Below, piece after piece: positions 1 through 9,975 of a DNA stretch of 64,000 nt (positions are counted from its first letter, which is position 1; each line of letters opens with the position of its first letter). Source of the stretch: a virus (Duplodnaviria > Caudoviricetes); IMG/VR virus record IMGVR_UViG_3300037067_027684, positions 64,001-128,000 of that record. One strand, given 5' to 3'. A program made the translations under genes and the position numbers. The notes below the pieces were generated by a model. That model had not been told where the DNA came from, made no database searches, and saw only the letters and a list, made by a program, of their open reading frames with translations.

Positions 1-13
1 ATGTTCAACTAAT

Positions 14-3000
14 TTGTATTATTTGGATATGACTTCTATTGAACAAACTATTAGGACTCGTTTTGATGAATTATTAGTTGAGCTGAAGGAGGTTAAGGAG
101 CAGGTAGCTAATGAATATCTGAAGGCAATGGTCGAGATTTACAATGAACAGAAATTAGCTGTGTGTTGCGCTGTCGAGAACTGTGAATCTAGGCGCGAGA
201 ATGATAGACATAAAGAGCGTATTGAGATGTTGCGGGTTATGGCGGCAGGTCCGCAGAAGGCTTTAACTATTGACGGCGATCTAACTAGGGATTATGTGGA
301 TACCAATCCTGGGAAGGATTGTCCTGCTCCTGATGCGGGGACACAGAGTTCGGCTATAATTCCTACTACTTGTGAGTATAAGATGCTTGTGGTTGGAAGC
401 GTTAATGCTCCGAATGAGTCTTACTCTTCGACGGTTGACCTTCCGGCTGGAGAATATGTCGTTACCATATCTGGGTGCTGCTGCTTTAACAACGAAATAG
501 ACGTTGAGCCGGAAGATATATCTCCGCAAATTATGGTGCCTTGTGAATTATACTTGGGGGCTAGGAAGAGTAATAGTCAGGCTTTAGTCTATTCGGTAGG
601 TGCAATACATCTACCGGAACTCTACGAACCTGATAATTTTACTGTTTCGAATGCCTTCACCATTAATAATCAGTTTAAGTTTAAATATGTTAAAATTCCT
701 GTTCTAAGAGTTGGAACTTCGGATGGTTCAGGATATTCACTCCGTGTTGATGTCATGACCGATATTAATGGTGCTCCTGGTAGCATTATCGCATCGGCCA
801 AGGTTCCTGCGTCTGTTATTAGTACTTGGAATGAGAATGTAAAACCAACTCCTGGTCATTTTATGGAAGTTAGTGTTGATTTTGGTGATAGGACTTTTGA
901 TGCTGGAACTTACTTCTTCAGAATTAGTAAGGATGGGAGTACCAGCTCTGCTGAATTCTTCTTAATCTCAGTTTCTAATATGTTGGCTTCTGATGTTGGT
1001 CCGTTCTATTCTGATGGTGAAGTCATACCTGGTGTTGAAATATTCTTGTGCGCGGCTTATTGGAATATTGAACAAACTGGCTTTAGGGTGTCAACTGGGA
1101 TTACTGAGGAGCAATATGAAATTTTCTTAGCTAATCCTGAGTTGGTTGATCCGAGTTTCAAGCCCAAATTCGATGCTATGTTGCCTTATTCTAGTAGAAT
1201 TACTTTAGTTTATCAGGGTCCTTTTGGAGAAGTATCTGTTGATACTCCGAATCAGAATGATTATAGGACTAAGGCTGAGGCGTCGGCTGCTAATTTGGGT
1301 AGGACTGTTCAGTTTAAGCATTTTGGTGGTAAGTTGAAGGCTTATTACACTCGTGGCGGTACTTCTAAGATAACCAACAATAATGGGTCTGTTGAATTGT
1401 GTGTTAATCGCGTGCCAGTGTCAAATCCGAATCGTCCGCAACCTGCTTGTACTGGCTTTGTAAGTGATATTACTGTTTTAGGTGGATCGAACACATTTGC
1501 TATCACACCACATACTTTCCAGTATAAGGATGGTGCCTATACACCTATTTTGATTCCTAATCCAACTAATTCATCGGTGCCGCAGGTAATTGATTTGCCT
1601 GGTCCTGGTGTTTATGAATTGGAAATTATGGATTGTTGCTTCTTTGATGCTCAGGATGTTAATTTGAGTGCGTATCCTGTATTTCCTCCTGGATTCTATA
1701 TTAGTAAGAGTTCTCCCACAAGAATTCTTGTTACTCAAGGAATGTATGAGAAGGCAGTTCTTGCCGATACTGGTGGCTTTATGTTGGAGTGGGCAGCTGG
1801 CGATGCAGTTATTGCTACACTACCAGCTGACTTACAGGATCGTTTTATTAAGTATAGTTCTACGCCTGCATCTACTGATTACGATACTATTCGTGATGTG
1901 GTTTCCAAAGCAATTCAGCCGTATACTGGTGTTGTGACAGCTTGGTATACGGGGTATGCAACAGGTTCGCCAACTTCGCAGACTTTAATTGCTAGGACTT
2001 ACGCCACTCCTGATTCTAGACCTGTTTTTGAAGTTGATGAGAATGGTTACTTCACTTATACTGGTAAGCCACCACAGGATTCTGAGTTTGGTGGTTATCG
2101 TTCTTCTTCAGAAGCTACGACTGCTTTTATTGGTAAGAAATTTAGAATTAACTCATCGGGTGGTAAGTTAGCATTGTTCTTCGATGATTATGATGCTGGT
2201 TTTGGGTCTTTGGTTGAGCCAATACCTAATCCTAATTCTGGGCAGGTTGTCGTTAGAGTTAGTTGTGTTGATGAACCAGCTTGTGATATTCCTGAATTAG
2301 AGATTACTCTGAATTGTGGTATTAATATTGCTGAGATTAGTTCTATTATGGCTGATCTAGTTGCAGGTGAATATGTTGCGCAGATTAGTGACTGCTGTTG
2401 TGGTAATGGTGGCTCTTGGAAGGGAATGATTGCACTTAAATATTTGAACACTGGTATTCCTAAGACACTTTATTCTCCAGATCTTGGTAGTTTTAGTACT
2501 GACCTTGATGCCCAACAATATTATATGGGCAATAGTTTTGCGTTCATTCACAGCGGTGGTCAGATTAAAGTATGGGCTTCCACGCCAATGTATAGTGCTG
2601 GTTTGATTACCGTCTCAATTTGGAGCAGGAAGTGTTTGGACAGATGTAATACAAATCCTGCTGGTGGTAGCACTGGTATTTCTGCTATTGATCCGCAACC
2701 TGTCGATGTGTTTACTAATTGTGATATGACTTCTGACCAGATTAATTTCTATGAGTGTGGTTGGCAAACTGGGGCTTGCTGTGGAGCTTGGGTTGAGGCT
2801 TTAGGCACTATGTGGATTGTGGTTATGAGGTCATTGGGTGCAGATATGGCTTGTGGTGGTGGTGAATCAGAATTGTCTGATTGTATTAAGAAGGGTTTGG
2901 CGGCTGGATTCTACCCAGCTATTGCTTTCCCGACTATTGATGGCAATATTTTCTTGGGTAAGCCAACTAGCGGATTCCAGAGATTTGTTAGGGATGTTGA

Positions 3001-3115
3001 TGTTGAGGCTGAGATTCTTGCGAAGATTAGAGCTGGCGAAGTTTGGAGAATAGTTGGTGATCCAATCACCAACATTGGTGGGATTTTATTCCCTGCTGAT
3101 TTCTCGCACGCATAA
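14..3115 (+). CDS. Large Cys-rich probable virion/structural protein with three copies of an internal domain (start uncertain, at the window edge)
   Basis: 1033-aa ORF with N-terminal helical region and three repeats of DL..GxYxxxIxxCC paired with Y/F...A....G.....SGG.L; no enzyme motifs. Confidence 0.55.
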   Translation: MYYLDMTSIEQTIRTRFDELLVELKEVKEQVANEYLKAMVEIYNEQKLAVCCAVENCESRRENDRHKERIEMLRVMAAGPQKALTIDGDLTRDYVDTNPGKDCPAPDAGTQSSAIIPTTCEYKMLVVGSVNAPNESYSSTVDLPAGEYVVTISGCCCFNNEIDVEPEDISPQIMVPCELYLGARKSNSQALVYSVGAIHLPELYEPDNFTVSNAFTINNQFKFKYVKIPVLRVGTSDGSGYSLRVDVMTDINGAPGSIIASAKVPASVISTWNENVKPTPGHFMEVSVDFGDRTFDAGTYFFRISKDGSTSSAEFFLISVSNMLASDVGPFYSDGEVIPGVEIFLCAAYWNIEQTGFRVSTGITEEQYEIFLANPELVDPSFKPKFDAMLPYSSRITLVYQGPFGEVSVDTPNQNDYRTKAEASAANLGRTVQFKHFGGKLKAYYTRGGTSKITNNNGSVELCVNRVPVSNPNRPQPACTGFVSDITVLGGSNTFAITPHTFQYKDGAYTPILIPNPTNSSVPQVIDLPGPGVYELEIMDCCFFDAQDVNLSAYPVFPPGFYISKSSPTRILVTQGMYEKAVLADTGGFMLEWAAGDAVIATLPADLQDRFIKYSSTPASTDYDTIRDVVSKAIQPYTGVVTAWYTGYATGSPTSQTLIARTYATPDSRPVFEVDENGYFTYTGKPPQDSEFGGYRSSSEATTAFIGKKFRINSSGGKLALFFDDYDAGFGSLVEPIPNPNSGQVVVRVSCVDEPACDIPELEITLNCGINIAEISSIMADLVAGEYVAQISDCCCGNGGSWKGMIALKYLNTGIPKTLYSPDLGSFSTDLDAQQYYMGNSFAFIHSGGQIKVWASTPMYSAGLITVSIWSRKCLDRCNTNPAGGSTGISAIDPQPVDVFTNCDMTSDQINFYECGWQTGACCGAWVEALGTMWIVVMRSLGADMACGGGESELSDCIKKGLAAGFYPAIAFPTIDGNIFLGKPTSGFQRFVRDVDVEAEILAKIRAGEVWRIVGDPITNIGGILFPADFSHA

Positions 3116-3123
3116 ATATTAAC

Positions 3124-3690
3124 ATGAAGTATAAAATTAAATCAAGACAATTTTGCTCTTTGTCTCGTGAACCAAAATGGCAAGATTGGCTTCGTAAGAA
3201 TGCTGTTGATCTTTATGATAAATTGATTGCTCATCTTAAAACAAGTAAGGGATGTCGTGCTAATGTCGATAAGATGACTGAGATTCAGAAAGAGTTAGAT
3301 AAACGACATCTTTTAGTGGATATGGTTAAATTCTTGAAGGTTGAATATCCAATAGTGCTTGAGGAAGTTTACGATGATAAACCTCAACCTAAGATGACTA
3401 AGATTGAATCTCATAATGATAAAGCTGTTTTTAAGCATTATAATCCAAACCTCTTGACGTTTCCGCAAAAGGTTATTATGACTGGAGATCCAAATGAGAT
3501 CCAGAGGGCTGTTAAGGAATTTATTGCTGGAAAGATTTCTACTGATTATTTGATTATTGGAAATACTGCCTATGTCGAATATTTCCATCAGAAGTATGAG
3601 AAGGAATCTACGATGGTTAAGCCAGAGTCAAGAGAATTGTTTAAATATAGGCAGATTCATCATTTGAAGCCTGATGATAAAAAGATTTAA
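3124..3690 (+). CDS. Hypothetical protein
   Basis: 188-aa ORF preceded by CATAAATATT. Confidence 0.6.
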   Translation: MKYKIKSRQFCSLSREPKWQDWLRKNAVDLYDKLIAHLKTSKGCRANVDKMTEIQKELDKRHLLVDMVKFLKVEYPIVLEEVYDDKPQPKMTKIESHNDKAVFKHYNPNLLTFPQKVIMTGDPNEIQRAVKEFIAGKISTDYLIIGNTAYVEYFHQKYEKESTMVKPESRELFKYRQIHHLKPDDKKI

Positions 3691-3700
3691 GGAGAATTCA

Positions 3701-4153
3701 ATGTACGATTCGAAACAGGACACGCTAGATCACATTGAGTTAGTGACTAAATTAATGGAGGTTTTTCAAGTAGGATTGTCTGTAAGAGCCGAAAAACATG
3801 ACCAAAGCAAATTATCGCCGGATGAGAAGCCGATTTTTGATGAGATGACTCCTAAACTTAGGGGTTCAACTTATGGTAGTGATGAATATAAGATGTTTTT
3901 GGCAACTCTGGCTCCTGCTTTGAAACACCATTATACCGAAAATAGACATCATCCAGAACATTTTGAAAATGGTATTACTGGTATGACTTTGTTTGATTTG
4001 GTTGAAATGTTCTGTGACTGGAAAGCAGCTTCAGAGAGACATGCTAATGGTAGTCTAGAGAAGAGTATTGTCATTAATAAGGATCGGTTTAAAATTAGTG
4101 ATCAGTTAGCAACTATATTTGAGAACACTAGGAAGGCGCTTGATTGGAGCTAG
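3701..4153 (+). CDS. DUF5662-like HD-type phage protein
   Basis: KHDQSKLS, LKHHYTENRHHPEHF and DLVEMFCDW motifs; SD AAGGAG before ATG 3701. Confidence 0.7.
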   Translation: MYDSKQDTLDHIELVTKLMEVFQVGLSVRAEKHDQSKLSPDEKPIFDEMTPKLRGSTYGSDEYKMFLATLAPALKHHYTENRHHPEHFENGITGMTLFDLVEMFCDWKAASERHANGSLEKSIVINKDRFKISDQLATIFENTRKALDWS

Positions 4154-4190
4154 AGTAATTCCTTCAAAGATACTCGAAAAGGAGTTAATC

Positions 4191-4601
4191 ATGGATATGC
4201 CATCTCGAAAATCGATTGGGCCAACTGATCGACTAAGGGAATCAGTGGATGCCTATATGGTTACGATCCAGAGGGCATTAAGGAGAGCTGAAACAAATCC
4301 AGCATTAACACAATATAGGCAATCATTATTGAAGTGTCTTGAAATGGCTAAACATATGCACGATATGATTGAAGACTGTGAGAGTCAATCACAATTACCA
4401 TCGATGTTATTCGAGTCGGCTATGACTTGCCCAAAATGTGGTAGTGATGATATTCTGGCTGGAACTGATAAAACTCCTACTAAGTGTGCTAAGTGTGGTA
4501 AGACTATTGATAAGGATGATGCTCAGAAGGATGTTATTGTTGGGTGTGCCAAGCCTTTTACTGAACGTATTGAGAAAGCTTTGAAATCAGTCTGTAAATA
4601 A
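4191..4601 (+). CDS. Hypothetical protein with C-terminal zinc ribbon
   Basis: CPKCG and CAKCG; SD AAGGAG before ATG 4191. Confidence 0.6.
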   Translation: MDMPSRKSIGPTDRLRESVDAYMVTIQRALRRAETNPALTQYRQSLLKCLEMAKHMHDMIEDCESQSQLPSMLFESAMTCPKCGSDDILAGTDKTPTKCAKCGKTIDKDDAQKDVIVGCAKPFTERIEKALKSVCK

Positions 4602-4622
4602 TTCCAAATTCTGAGGAGGTAT

Positions 4623-5839
4623 CAAAATTCATCAATATAAGAAATAAAAACTGATTTCGTATCTCAATCAAAAATAACACATGAAAGTTAACAAGGCAAT
4701 TAAATTCAAAATCCACCCAACAATCAAACAACAAAAACTACTAACCAAACACTTCGGCTGCTGCAGATGGGTCTACAACCACTTCCTCCAATATAAAACA
4801 GACCAATACAAGAAAACCAAAAAATCCGCCTCATGGCTAGAAATGAATAGAAAATTAACAGAACTAAAGAAACAACCAGACAAACTATGGCTAAATGATG
4901 TTAGTAGAGTGGCTCTAAATGGAGCATTAGATAATTTAGATGTAGCTTTTAATAATTTCTTCAGAAAAACAGCAAAATACCCCAAATTCAAGAATAAACA
5001 CTCAAAACAATCATATAAATTGACCAATCAACACTTCCGTCTAAAAACAAGAGGTGTTCAAATAGCCAAAATCGGTTTCCTAAAAGGTGATGTAGAATTG
5101 CCAGAAGAGCATAAACTATTATCAATAACCATTACTAAGACATTTACTGATAAATATTATGCTTCTATTTCCTATGAAACAGAAATCCCTAATCCTAAAG
5201 TAGATCAAACAAAACCAGTAATAGGAATAGATTTTGGTCTAAAGACTTTTATTACTACTTCTGAGGGAGAGAAAATAGAACATCCTCTTCCATTTAAAAA
5301 ATCCATGAGAAAATTAAGAAGAACACAAAGAAAATTAAGTAGAAGAATTAAGGGAAGTCATAGAAGGGAGGCACAAAAAAGAAGAGTGTCTCTGATTCAA
5401 GAGAAAATCAGAAACCAGAGACAGAACTTTCTACATGAAGTATCCTCTAGGTTGGTGAGTGAGAACCAAGCCATTTATCTAGAGGATTTGAGCCTTAAAG
5501 GGATGCAAAGTAGATGGGGTAGAAAAATTAATGACTTGGGGTGGAATATTTTTACGAAACAATTGGAATATAAGGGTCCATGGAGGGGTTGTTTGGTGGA
5601 AAAGAGGGATAGGTTCTTCCCTTCTTCTAAGATGTGTTCAGTTTGTGGTTATATTAATCAAAATTTAACTTTAGACCAGAGGGAGTGGGATTGTTGTAAT
5701 TGTTCTACCCATCATGATAGGGATATTAATGCTGCTAGGAACATCCTTAACTACGGGCCGGTTGCCCGAAAGCAACGGACAGGGAGAGTTGGGGTGGTAA
5801 ACTCGCTCGTTGAACTGTCAAGGCAAGAGTAAGCCGAAC
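4623..5839 (+). mobile_element. Non-autonomous solo-TnpB element (no TnpA in window); boundaries inferred
   Basis: tnpB with structured 3' end; orphan SD GAGGAGG at 4613-4619 on the left and an SD-poor ATG at 5841 on the right. Confidence 0.5.
4681..5832 (+). CDS. tnpB: TnpB RNA-guided endonuclease (IS200/IS605/IS607 OrfB)
   Basis: N-terminal HTH (HPT..Q..LL.KHFGCCRWVYN), RuvC-I IGIDFGLK, RuvC-II IYLEDL, zinc finger SSKMCSVCG..CCNC, RuvC-III DRDINAARNI; all three catalytic residues present. Confidence 0.93.
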   Translation: MKVNKAIKFKIHPTIKQQKLLTKHFGCCRWVYNHFLQYKTDQYKKTKKSASWLEMNRKLTELKKQPDKLWLNDVSRVALNGALDNLDVAFNNFFRKTAKYPKFKNKHSKQSYKLTNQHFRLKTRGVQIAKIGFLKGDVELPEEHKLLSITITKTFTDKYYASISYETEIPNPKVDQTKPVIGIDFGLKTFITTSEGEKIEHPLPFKKSMRKLRRTQRKLSRRIKGSHRREAQKRRVSLIQEKIRNQRQNFLHEVSSRLVSENQAIYLEDLSLKGMQSRWGRKINDLGWNIFTKQLEYKGPWRGCLVEKRDRFFPSSKMCSVCGYINQNLTLDQREWDCCNCSTHHDRDINAARNILNYGPVARKQRTGRVGVVNSLVELSRQE

Positions 5840-5840
5840 C
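5755..5840 (+). ncRNA. Probable TnpB omega-RNA scaffold (3' part)
   Basis: Stems GTTGC/GCAAC, GACAG/CTGTC, GAGTT/AACTC and GGC/GCC overlapping the tnpB 3' end, where omega-RNAs are known to lie. Confidence 0.5.
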
Positions 5841-6779
5841 ATGAAGAGGATCATATGGCGATCTTGGTCTAGATATGAAGCGGCTTGGGAATTAGACCGC
5901 CTTAAGAATTTTCCCATGCAACATCAGTGGCTTAACGGGCATGAGGTGGCTCCTGAAGTAAATGACATTTATCTAACCACTAATGGGTATGATTATAGGG
6001 TTGGTGGTTTCAAGAAAGCGTCGTTGTATTGGGAATCTTATGTGTATCTGAGGCAGGAATATGATCGTTGGAACGTTGATAAGAGGTGGAATCATCGCTT
6101 TCATTTTAACCCTAATTATTATAATAAGCCAGATTGTAGTTATCTTGGAATTGGTACGTGGTGGAAAAATGAATTGCCGATGTATGAACAATTCAGGGCT
6201 ATTAAAAAGATTGAACATGTTTTTGGCATGGTGTTGGGCTGGAAGCCGACACAACCAATTCATCCGGCTGATTTAGGACATATCAGGAGTACGATTGTTA
6301 GGGAGTGCCGAACTAGATCATTTAAATATTATGGAACCAAATGGCCTTCTGGAGATCCGCATTATAGTGGTGAGGCTTATGTTTATGGTGCTAAGCATAG
6401 CCCTGTTAAATTCAATGATGCGAGGCGTTTGATGTGTGGGGCTAAGTTTGTGTTTGCTACTGAGAATACTTATGATCAGAATTATAGTGTGAATTATCTA
6501 ACTGAGAAAATTTTCCATGGTTTCTTGTCTGCGTCGGTTCCGATTTATGCTGGTTGTTGGAATGTAAAGGATATTCTTCCTGGTCTTTATATTGACCTTC
6601 GTGATTTCAATATGGATATTAAGAGAGTTTGTGATCATTGTGAGAAAATGCCTGATAGCGAGTATCGAGGTTACCTAGATAGAATTGATGAATTTTTACA
6701 TGGTCCTAAGGCTGGGGCTATGTCCTGTGACGAGCGTTTCGTTGAGTTGGATGGTAAGATTAAGGCATTGTGGGGTTAA
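5841..6779 (+). CDS. GT10 (alpha-1,3-fucosyltransferase-like) glycosyltransferase
   Basis: KFVFATENT..NYLTEKIFHGF...SVPIYAG matches the GT10 FENS..DYVTEK..VPIY.G motif. Confidence 0.75.
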   Translation: MKRIIWRSWSRYEAAWELDRLKNFPMQHQWLNGHEVAPEVNDIYLTTNGYDYRVGGFKKASLYWESYVYLRQEYDRWNVDKRWNHRFHFNPNYYNKPDCSYLGIGTWWKNELPMYEQFRAIKKIEHVFGMVLGWKPTQPIHPADLGHIRSTIVRECRTRSFKYYGTKWPSGDPHYSGEAYVYGAKHSPVKFNDARRLMCGAKFVFATENTYDQNYSVNYLTEKIFHGFLSASVPIYAGCWNVKDILPGLYIDLRDFNMDIKRVCDHCEKMPDSEYRGYLDRIDEFLHGPKAGAMSCDERFVELDGKIKALWG

Positions 6780-7011
6780 CATGATCATTGTTTTTACCTT
6801 GGTTGGGGCATTCATTGGTTATATTCTTGGGCGAGTTTTGTCCAGGAATTTTCGGGAAACTGAGTTTAAGTTGTGTTTGAGTAAGAATGGAATGCCCTAT
6901 TACGTTCCGAGTGATGGTGAGAGTGACATTCGAATTCCGTATAAGAACTTTGTGATGTATTTTCCTGATGAGAGGAAGAATCTGCTGAAGAAGTTGCCTT
7001 AGGAGACCAAA

Positions 7012-7248
7012 ATGGCTAAGTACATCGTTGGGATTGAAGGTGGGGATACTTGGGAGTGTGAAGATCAAGAATTCAATACTATTCATGATGCTGTTGCTGC
7101 GTTAGAGTTTGGTCAATTTGATGATATTTTATTCGATGATGAGGATGACCGCAACAGGCGTGCAGTCATTGCTCTTAAGGAGAATGGAGAAATTGTTAAG
7201 ATTATCAAATATTCTGATGCTAGGAAACAAGCGCAGGAACAGCCTTGA
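7012..7248 (+). CDS. Small acidic hypothetical protein
   Basis: SD AGGAG, 78 aa. Confidence 0.55.
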   Translation: MAKYIVGIEGGDTWECEDQEFNTIHDAVAALEFGQFDDILFDDEDDRNRRAVIALKENGEIVKIIKYSDARKQAQEQP

Positions 7249-7961
7249 TTACGCAATTGGTTTGTTATCATCTGCCCAAAACTCCTGAACGTCTTAGGGA
7301 ATTGAGTATCACTTTAGGGTGGAATTTAATTTGTAAACCGCTGTCGAAAATTTATGTTTTTATTGAGGATGAGGGTTTGCTTACTTGTAATTGGCCTATT
7401 GCTATTAGGTTTCGTGAGCAGTTAGCCGACGATAAAGTTACGATTGTTAAGGTTTTGAAGCGACAGACTTATTCTGAGTTGATTGATTTTGCCAATGCGC
7501 ATATTCAGGGTTTGGCGGTTATTTCAAATGCAGATGTTTATTATGACAATACGTTGATTTATCTTGGGAAAGTTGATTTTAGTGATACTGTTGTGTGTTT
7601 GAGTAAGATTGAACTTCTTGATGATACTGGCTATAAGCAGTTTAAGTTGAATAATGAGATGAAGGGTTATTCTCAGGATTCTTGGTTCTTTGGTTCGCCG
7701 GTTCGCAAGTTGTTGGGTGCGGATTTCTTTATGGGGTTGCAGAGGTGCGATAATCGGATTGCTTATGAGTTTGCCAAGAGGGGTTACAAGCTCCTTAATC
7801 CGTGTAATCAGGTTTTCTCTTATCATTTGCATGTGTGTAATCAGCGTACTTGGAAGCCGAATGTCGATGTTGTCCCTGGTCCTGTGTGTTTTGTTCCTCC
7901 TCCCTATGACATTCGGGAGCATGGAATTCAAAGTTTAGAGGATAGGGATATAGTGTGGTAG
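7245..7961 (+). CDS. Glycosyltransferase-like (GT-A) protein
   Basis: ISNADVYYD, SQDSWFF and GLQRCDNRIAY..GY...NP motifs typical of viral GT-like proteins. Confidence 0.55.
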   Translation: MITQLVCYHLPKTPERLRELSITLGWNLICKPLSKIYVFIEDEGLLTCNWPIAIRFREQLADDKVTIVKVLKRQTYSELIDFANAHIQGLAVISNADVYYDNTLIYLGKVDFSDTVVCLSKIELLDDTGYKQFKLNNEMKGYSQDSWFFGSPVRKLLGADFFMGLQRCDNRIAYEFAKRGYKLLNPCNQVFSYHLHVCNQRTWKPNVDVVPGPVCFVPPPYDIREHGIQSLEDRDIVW

Positions 7962-7989
7962 GCAACCATTCAAAAAGGAGATTACAAGA

Positions 7990-8250
7990 ATGGCGTCGAA
8001 TCTTGCTTTCATGAAGAAGGTTGGCATTAGTGAGACTTTGGCTGCTGTTATTGGGGCTGAACCCAAGGCTCGTACTGAGGTTACGAAGAAGCTTTGGGAG
8101 TATATTAAGGCGAACAATCTGCAGAATCCTGAGAAGAAGAATGAGATTATCGCTGATGCTAAGCTGAAGGCCGTCTTTGGGGGAGTGGATAGAGTTTCGA
8201 TGTTCGAAATGACGAAGTTGGTTTCTAAGCATCTTAGTAAGATTGAGTAG
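7990..8250 (+). CDS. SWIB/MDM2-domain protein
   Basis: LAAVIG..RTEVTKKLWEYIKANNLQNP.KKNEI.AD.KLKAVFGG..VSMFEMTKLVSKHL. Confidence 0.92.
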   Translation: MASNLAFMKKVGISETLAAVIGAEPKARTEVTKKLWEYIKANNLQNPEKKNEIIADAKLKAVFGGVDRVSMFEMTKLVSKHLSKIE

Positions 8251-8252
8251 TA

Positions 8253-8332
8253 CCAATAAGACAACCATAACTGTCTTATTGGGAGTTAGTGGAGAGGGAT
8301 GTTTTGCTTAGTTATGGCATTTCCTCTCCACT
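8253..8332. promoter_or_regulatory. Two tandem intergenic hairpins
   Basis: CCAATAAGACA/TGTCTTATTGG (8253-8282) and AGTGGAGAGG/CCTCTCCACT (8288-8332). Confidence 0.55.
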
Positions 8333-8347
8333 TTAAAGGAGATTACG

Positions 8348-8524
8348 ATGTTTCAACTCTTTTGGGTTTCAAAGGATAAGAAACGTCGAGAGTTAATGGA
8401 TGAGTATGATGCTGAAGTTGATGCTAAGGAAGCGATTCTAGAATGTAGGGCCGCACTAATTGAGCAAGATATGACTGCAAAGGAAATTGATGAAGGTTCT
8501 TGGGAGATTTTGGAAAAGAAATGA
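8348..8524 (+). CDS. 58-aa hypothetical protein (not in ORF track)
   Basis: SD AAGGAG; MFQLFWVSKDKK...WEILEKK; ATGA overlap with the next gene. Confidence 0.65.
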   Translation: MFQLFWVSKDKKRRELMDEYDAEVDAKEAILECRAALIEQDMTAKEIDEGSWEILEKK

Positions 8525-8832
8525 AGAATTGGGAGGCTCTTAAGGCCCTAATGGAAGGGTCTAAAATAAGACGAAGAGGTTGGATACCTGATGTGCATTG
8601 GAGTTTGGCATTCCGGATGATAGGTGGCATGCAGGTTAGTAGGGTTATCCATTCTGGAACACGTCAGCAACCAGATCTTGGTTCAATCTTTGAGAATAAT
8701 AATGACTGGGAGATATACGCACCTAAGCCTTTAGCGCCTCGGAATCAGCATTCTTTCAAAGACACCATAAAGCCCAAACATTCAGATGATTGTCCACTCT
8801 TCAGGATTAGTGAGGAATCAGATGAAGATTGA
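8521..8832 (+). CDS. DUF2829/Tad2-like protein
   Basis: EALKALMEGSKIRRRGW and DWEIY resemble the DUF2829 terminal signatures. Confidence 0.45.
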   Translation: MKNWEALKALMEGSKIRRRGWIPDVHWSLAFRMIGGMQVSRVIHSGTRQQPDLGSIFENNNDWEIYAPKPLAPRNQHSFKDTIKPKHSDDCPLFRISEESDED

Positions 8833-9187
8833 TAAAGATTCAGTTCCAATAACAATCGTTCAAGCTGTAGATTGCCTGGTTGCTAGTCTTACTGAGGATG
8901 AAGTACAAAGTATCAAAAGTGACTTGAATTATTCGGAATGTCATCATAGTGCTGGAAGATTTATTAGAAACAATTGGTCATTGTGGGAGAAGGACACGCC
9001 GATGGTTAAAGATGCTATTAAGACTTATGGTATTGCTCATGCTGATGATATTTCTGGTTTAATTTTCGAATGGGCTTTCGCTAAGGTTAGGGGTGTTGAT
9101 TTTGATCCGTCTCTTCTAGTTGAGAAATATCGTGAGCATTGGAAGGAATTTGGCACAACACCGTTAGGTGCCGCTGGTGTCGAATAA
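8822..9187 (+). CDS. DUF6794-like protein
   Basis: HHSAGRFIRNNWSLW and GIAHADDISGLI. Confidence 0.55.
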   Translation: MKIDKDSVPITIVQAVDCLVASLTEDEVQSIKSDLNYSECHHSAGRFIRNNWSLWEKDTPMVKDAIKTYGIAHADDISGLIFEWAFAKVRGVDFDPSLLVEKYREHWKEFGTTPLGAAGVE

Positions 9188-9195
9188 ATAACATT

Positions 9196-9975
9196 GTGAA
9201 ATTATTCATCCATAATAGCTTCAAATATGGTGATGTTCTCCTAACCAGAGTCATGATTGATGCTCTTAGGGCTAAATATCCAGGCGTTCAGATGATTTTA
9301 GAATGCGAAGCACCAAGGAAATATCTATGGCAGGATTACGGTTATCCAATAGTTACTACAACTCCTAATTATATTGACATCAAGCCTACTCCATCATGTC
9401 CTAAGGATTATCTCTTCTTTAATATGTGGTTTGGCGTTTTTAATGATATTCTTTGTACTTATGGATTATCTCATATTAATCATGTGCATACTTTTAATCG
9501 TCAGATGATGTATTATAAGTTGAATTCTTTTCTTGATTTACCGACTGGACCGCCTGTCTTGAAATTGCGTGATCTTGGTTTGAATGTTCCTCCGAACACC
9601 GTCCTTGTTGAGAATGGTCCCTGTAGTTCTGGGCAATGTAATAATAGTATTAACACTATTTTATCTCAATTAATCAAGAATTTCCCTAATCTGAATTTTC
9701 TTCTGTCATATGATATTGGTCTTAAGGACCAAAATGTTGTTAGTGGTTGGGGGCATAATTTATTACAATTGTCTGATTTAAGCAATAAATGTATTGGTTT
9801 TATTACTCAAGCTAGTGGTGTTAATGCTGCTTCTTATACTGCTGCGAATATTGGTAAGCCTAGGGTGTTTTTTGGTTGGAATTATATTTATAAAATTTGG
9901 GATAATTCTGCCGATGTTGCATATAATTATGATCAATTGAAACTTTGGATAGAGGGTAAGATATGCAAAAGATAA
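9196..9975 (+). CDS. GT9-like glycosyltransferase, paralog of 22114-22887
   Basis: GDVLLTR..IDALR.KYP and FITQASG; GTG start matches the paralog N-terminus. Confidence 0.55.
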   Translation: MKLFIHNSFKYGDVLLTRVMIDALRAKYPGVQMILECEAPRKYLWQDYGYPIVTTTPNYIDIKPTPSCPKDYLFFNMWFGVFNDILCTYGLSHINHVHTFNRQMMYYKLNSFLDLPTGPPVLKLRDLGLNVPPNTVLVENGPCSSGQCNNSINTILSQLIKNFPNLNFLLSYDIGLKDQNVVSGWGHNLLQLSDLSNKCIGFITQASGVNAASYTAANIGKPRVFFGWNYIYKIWDNSADVAYNYDQLKLWIEGKICKR

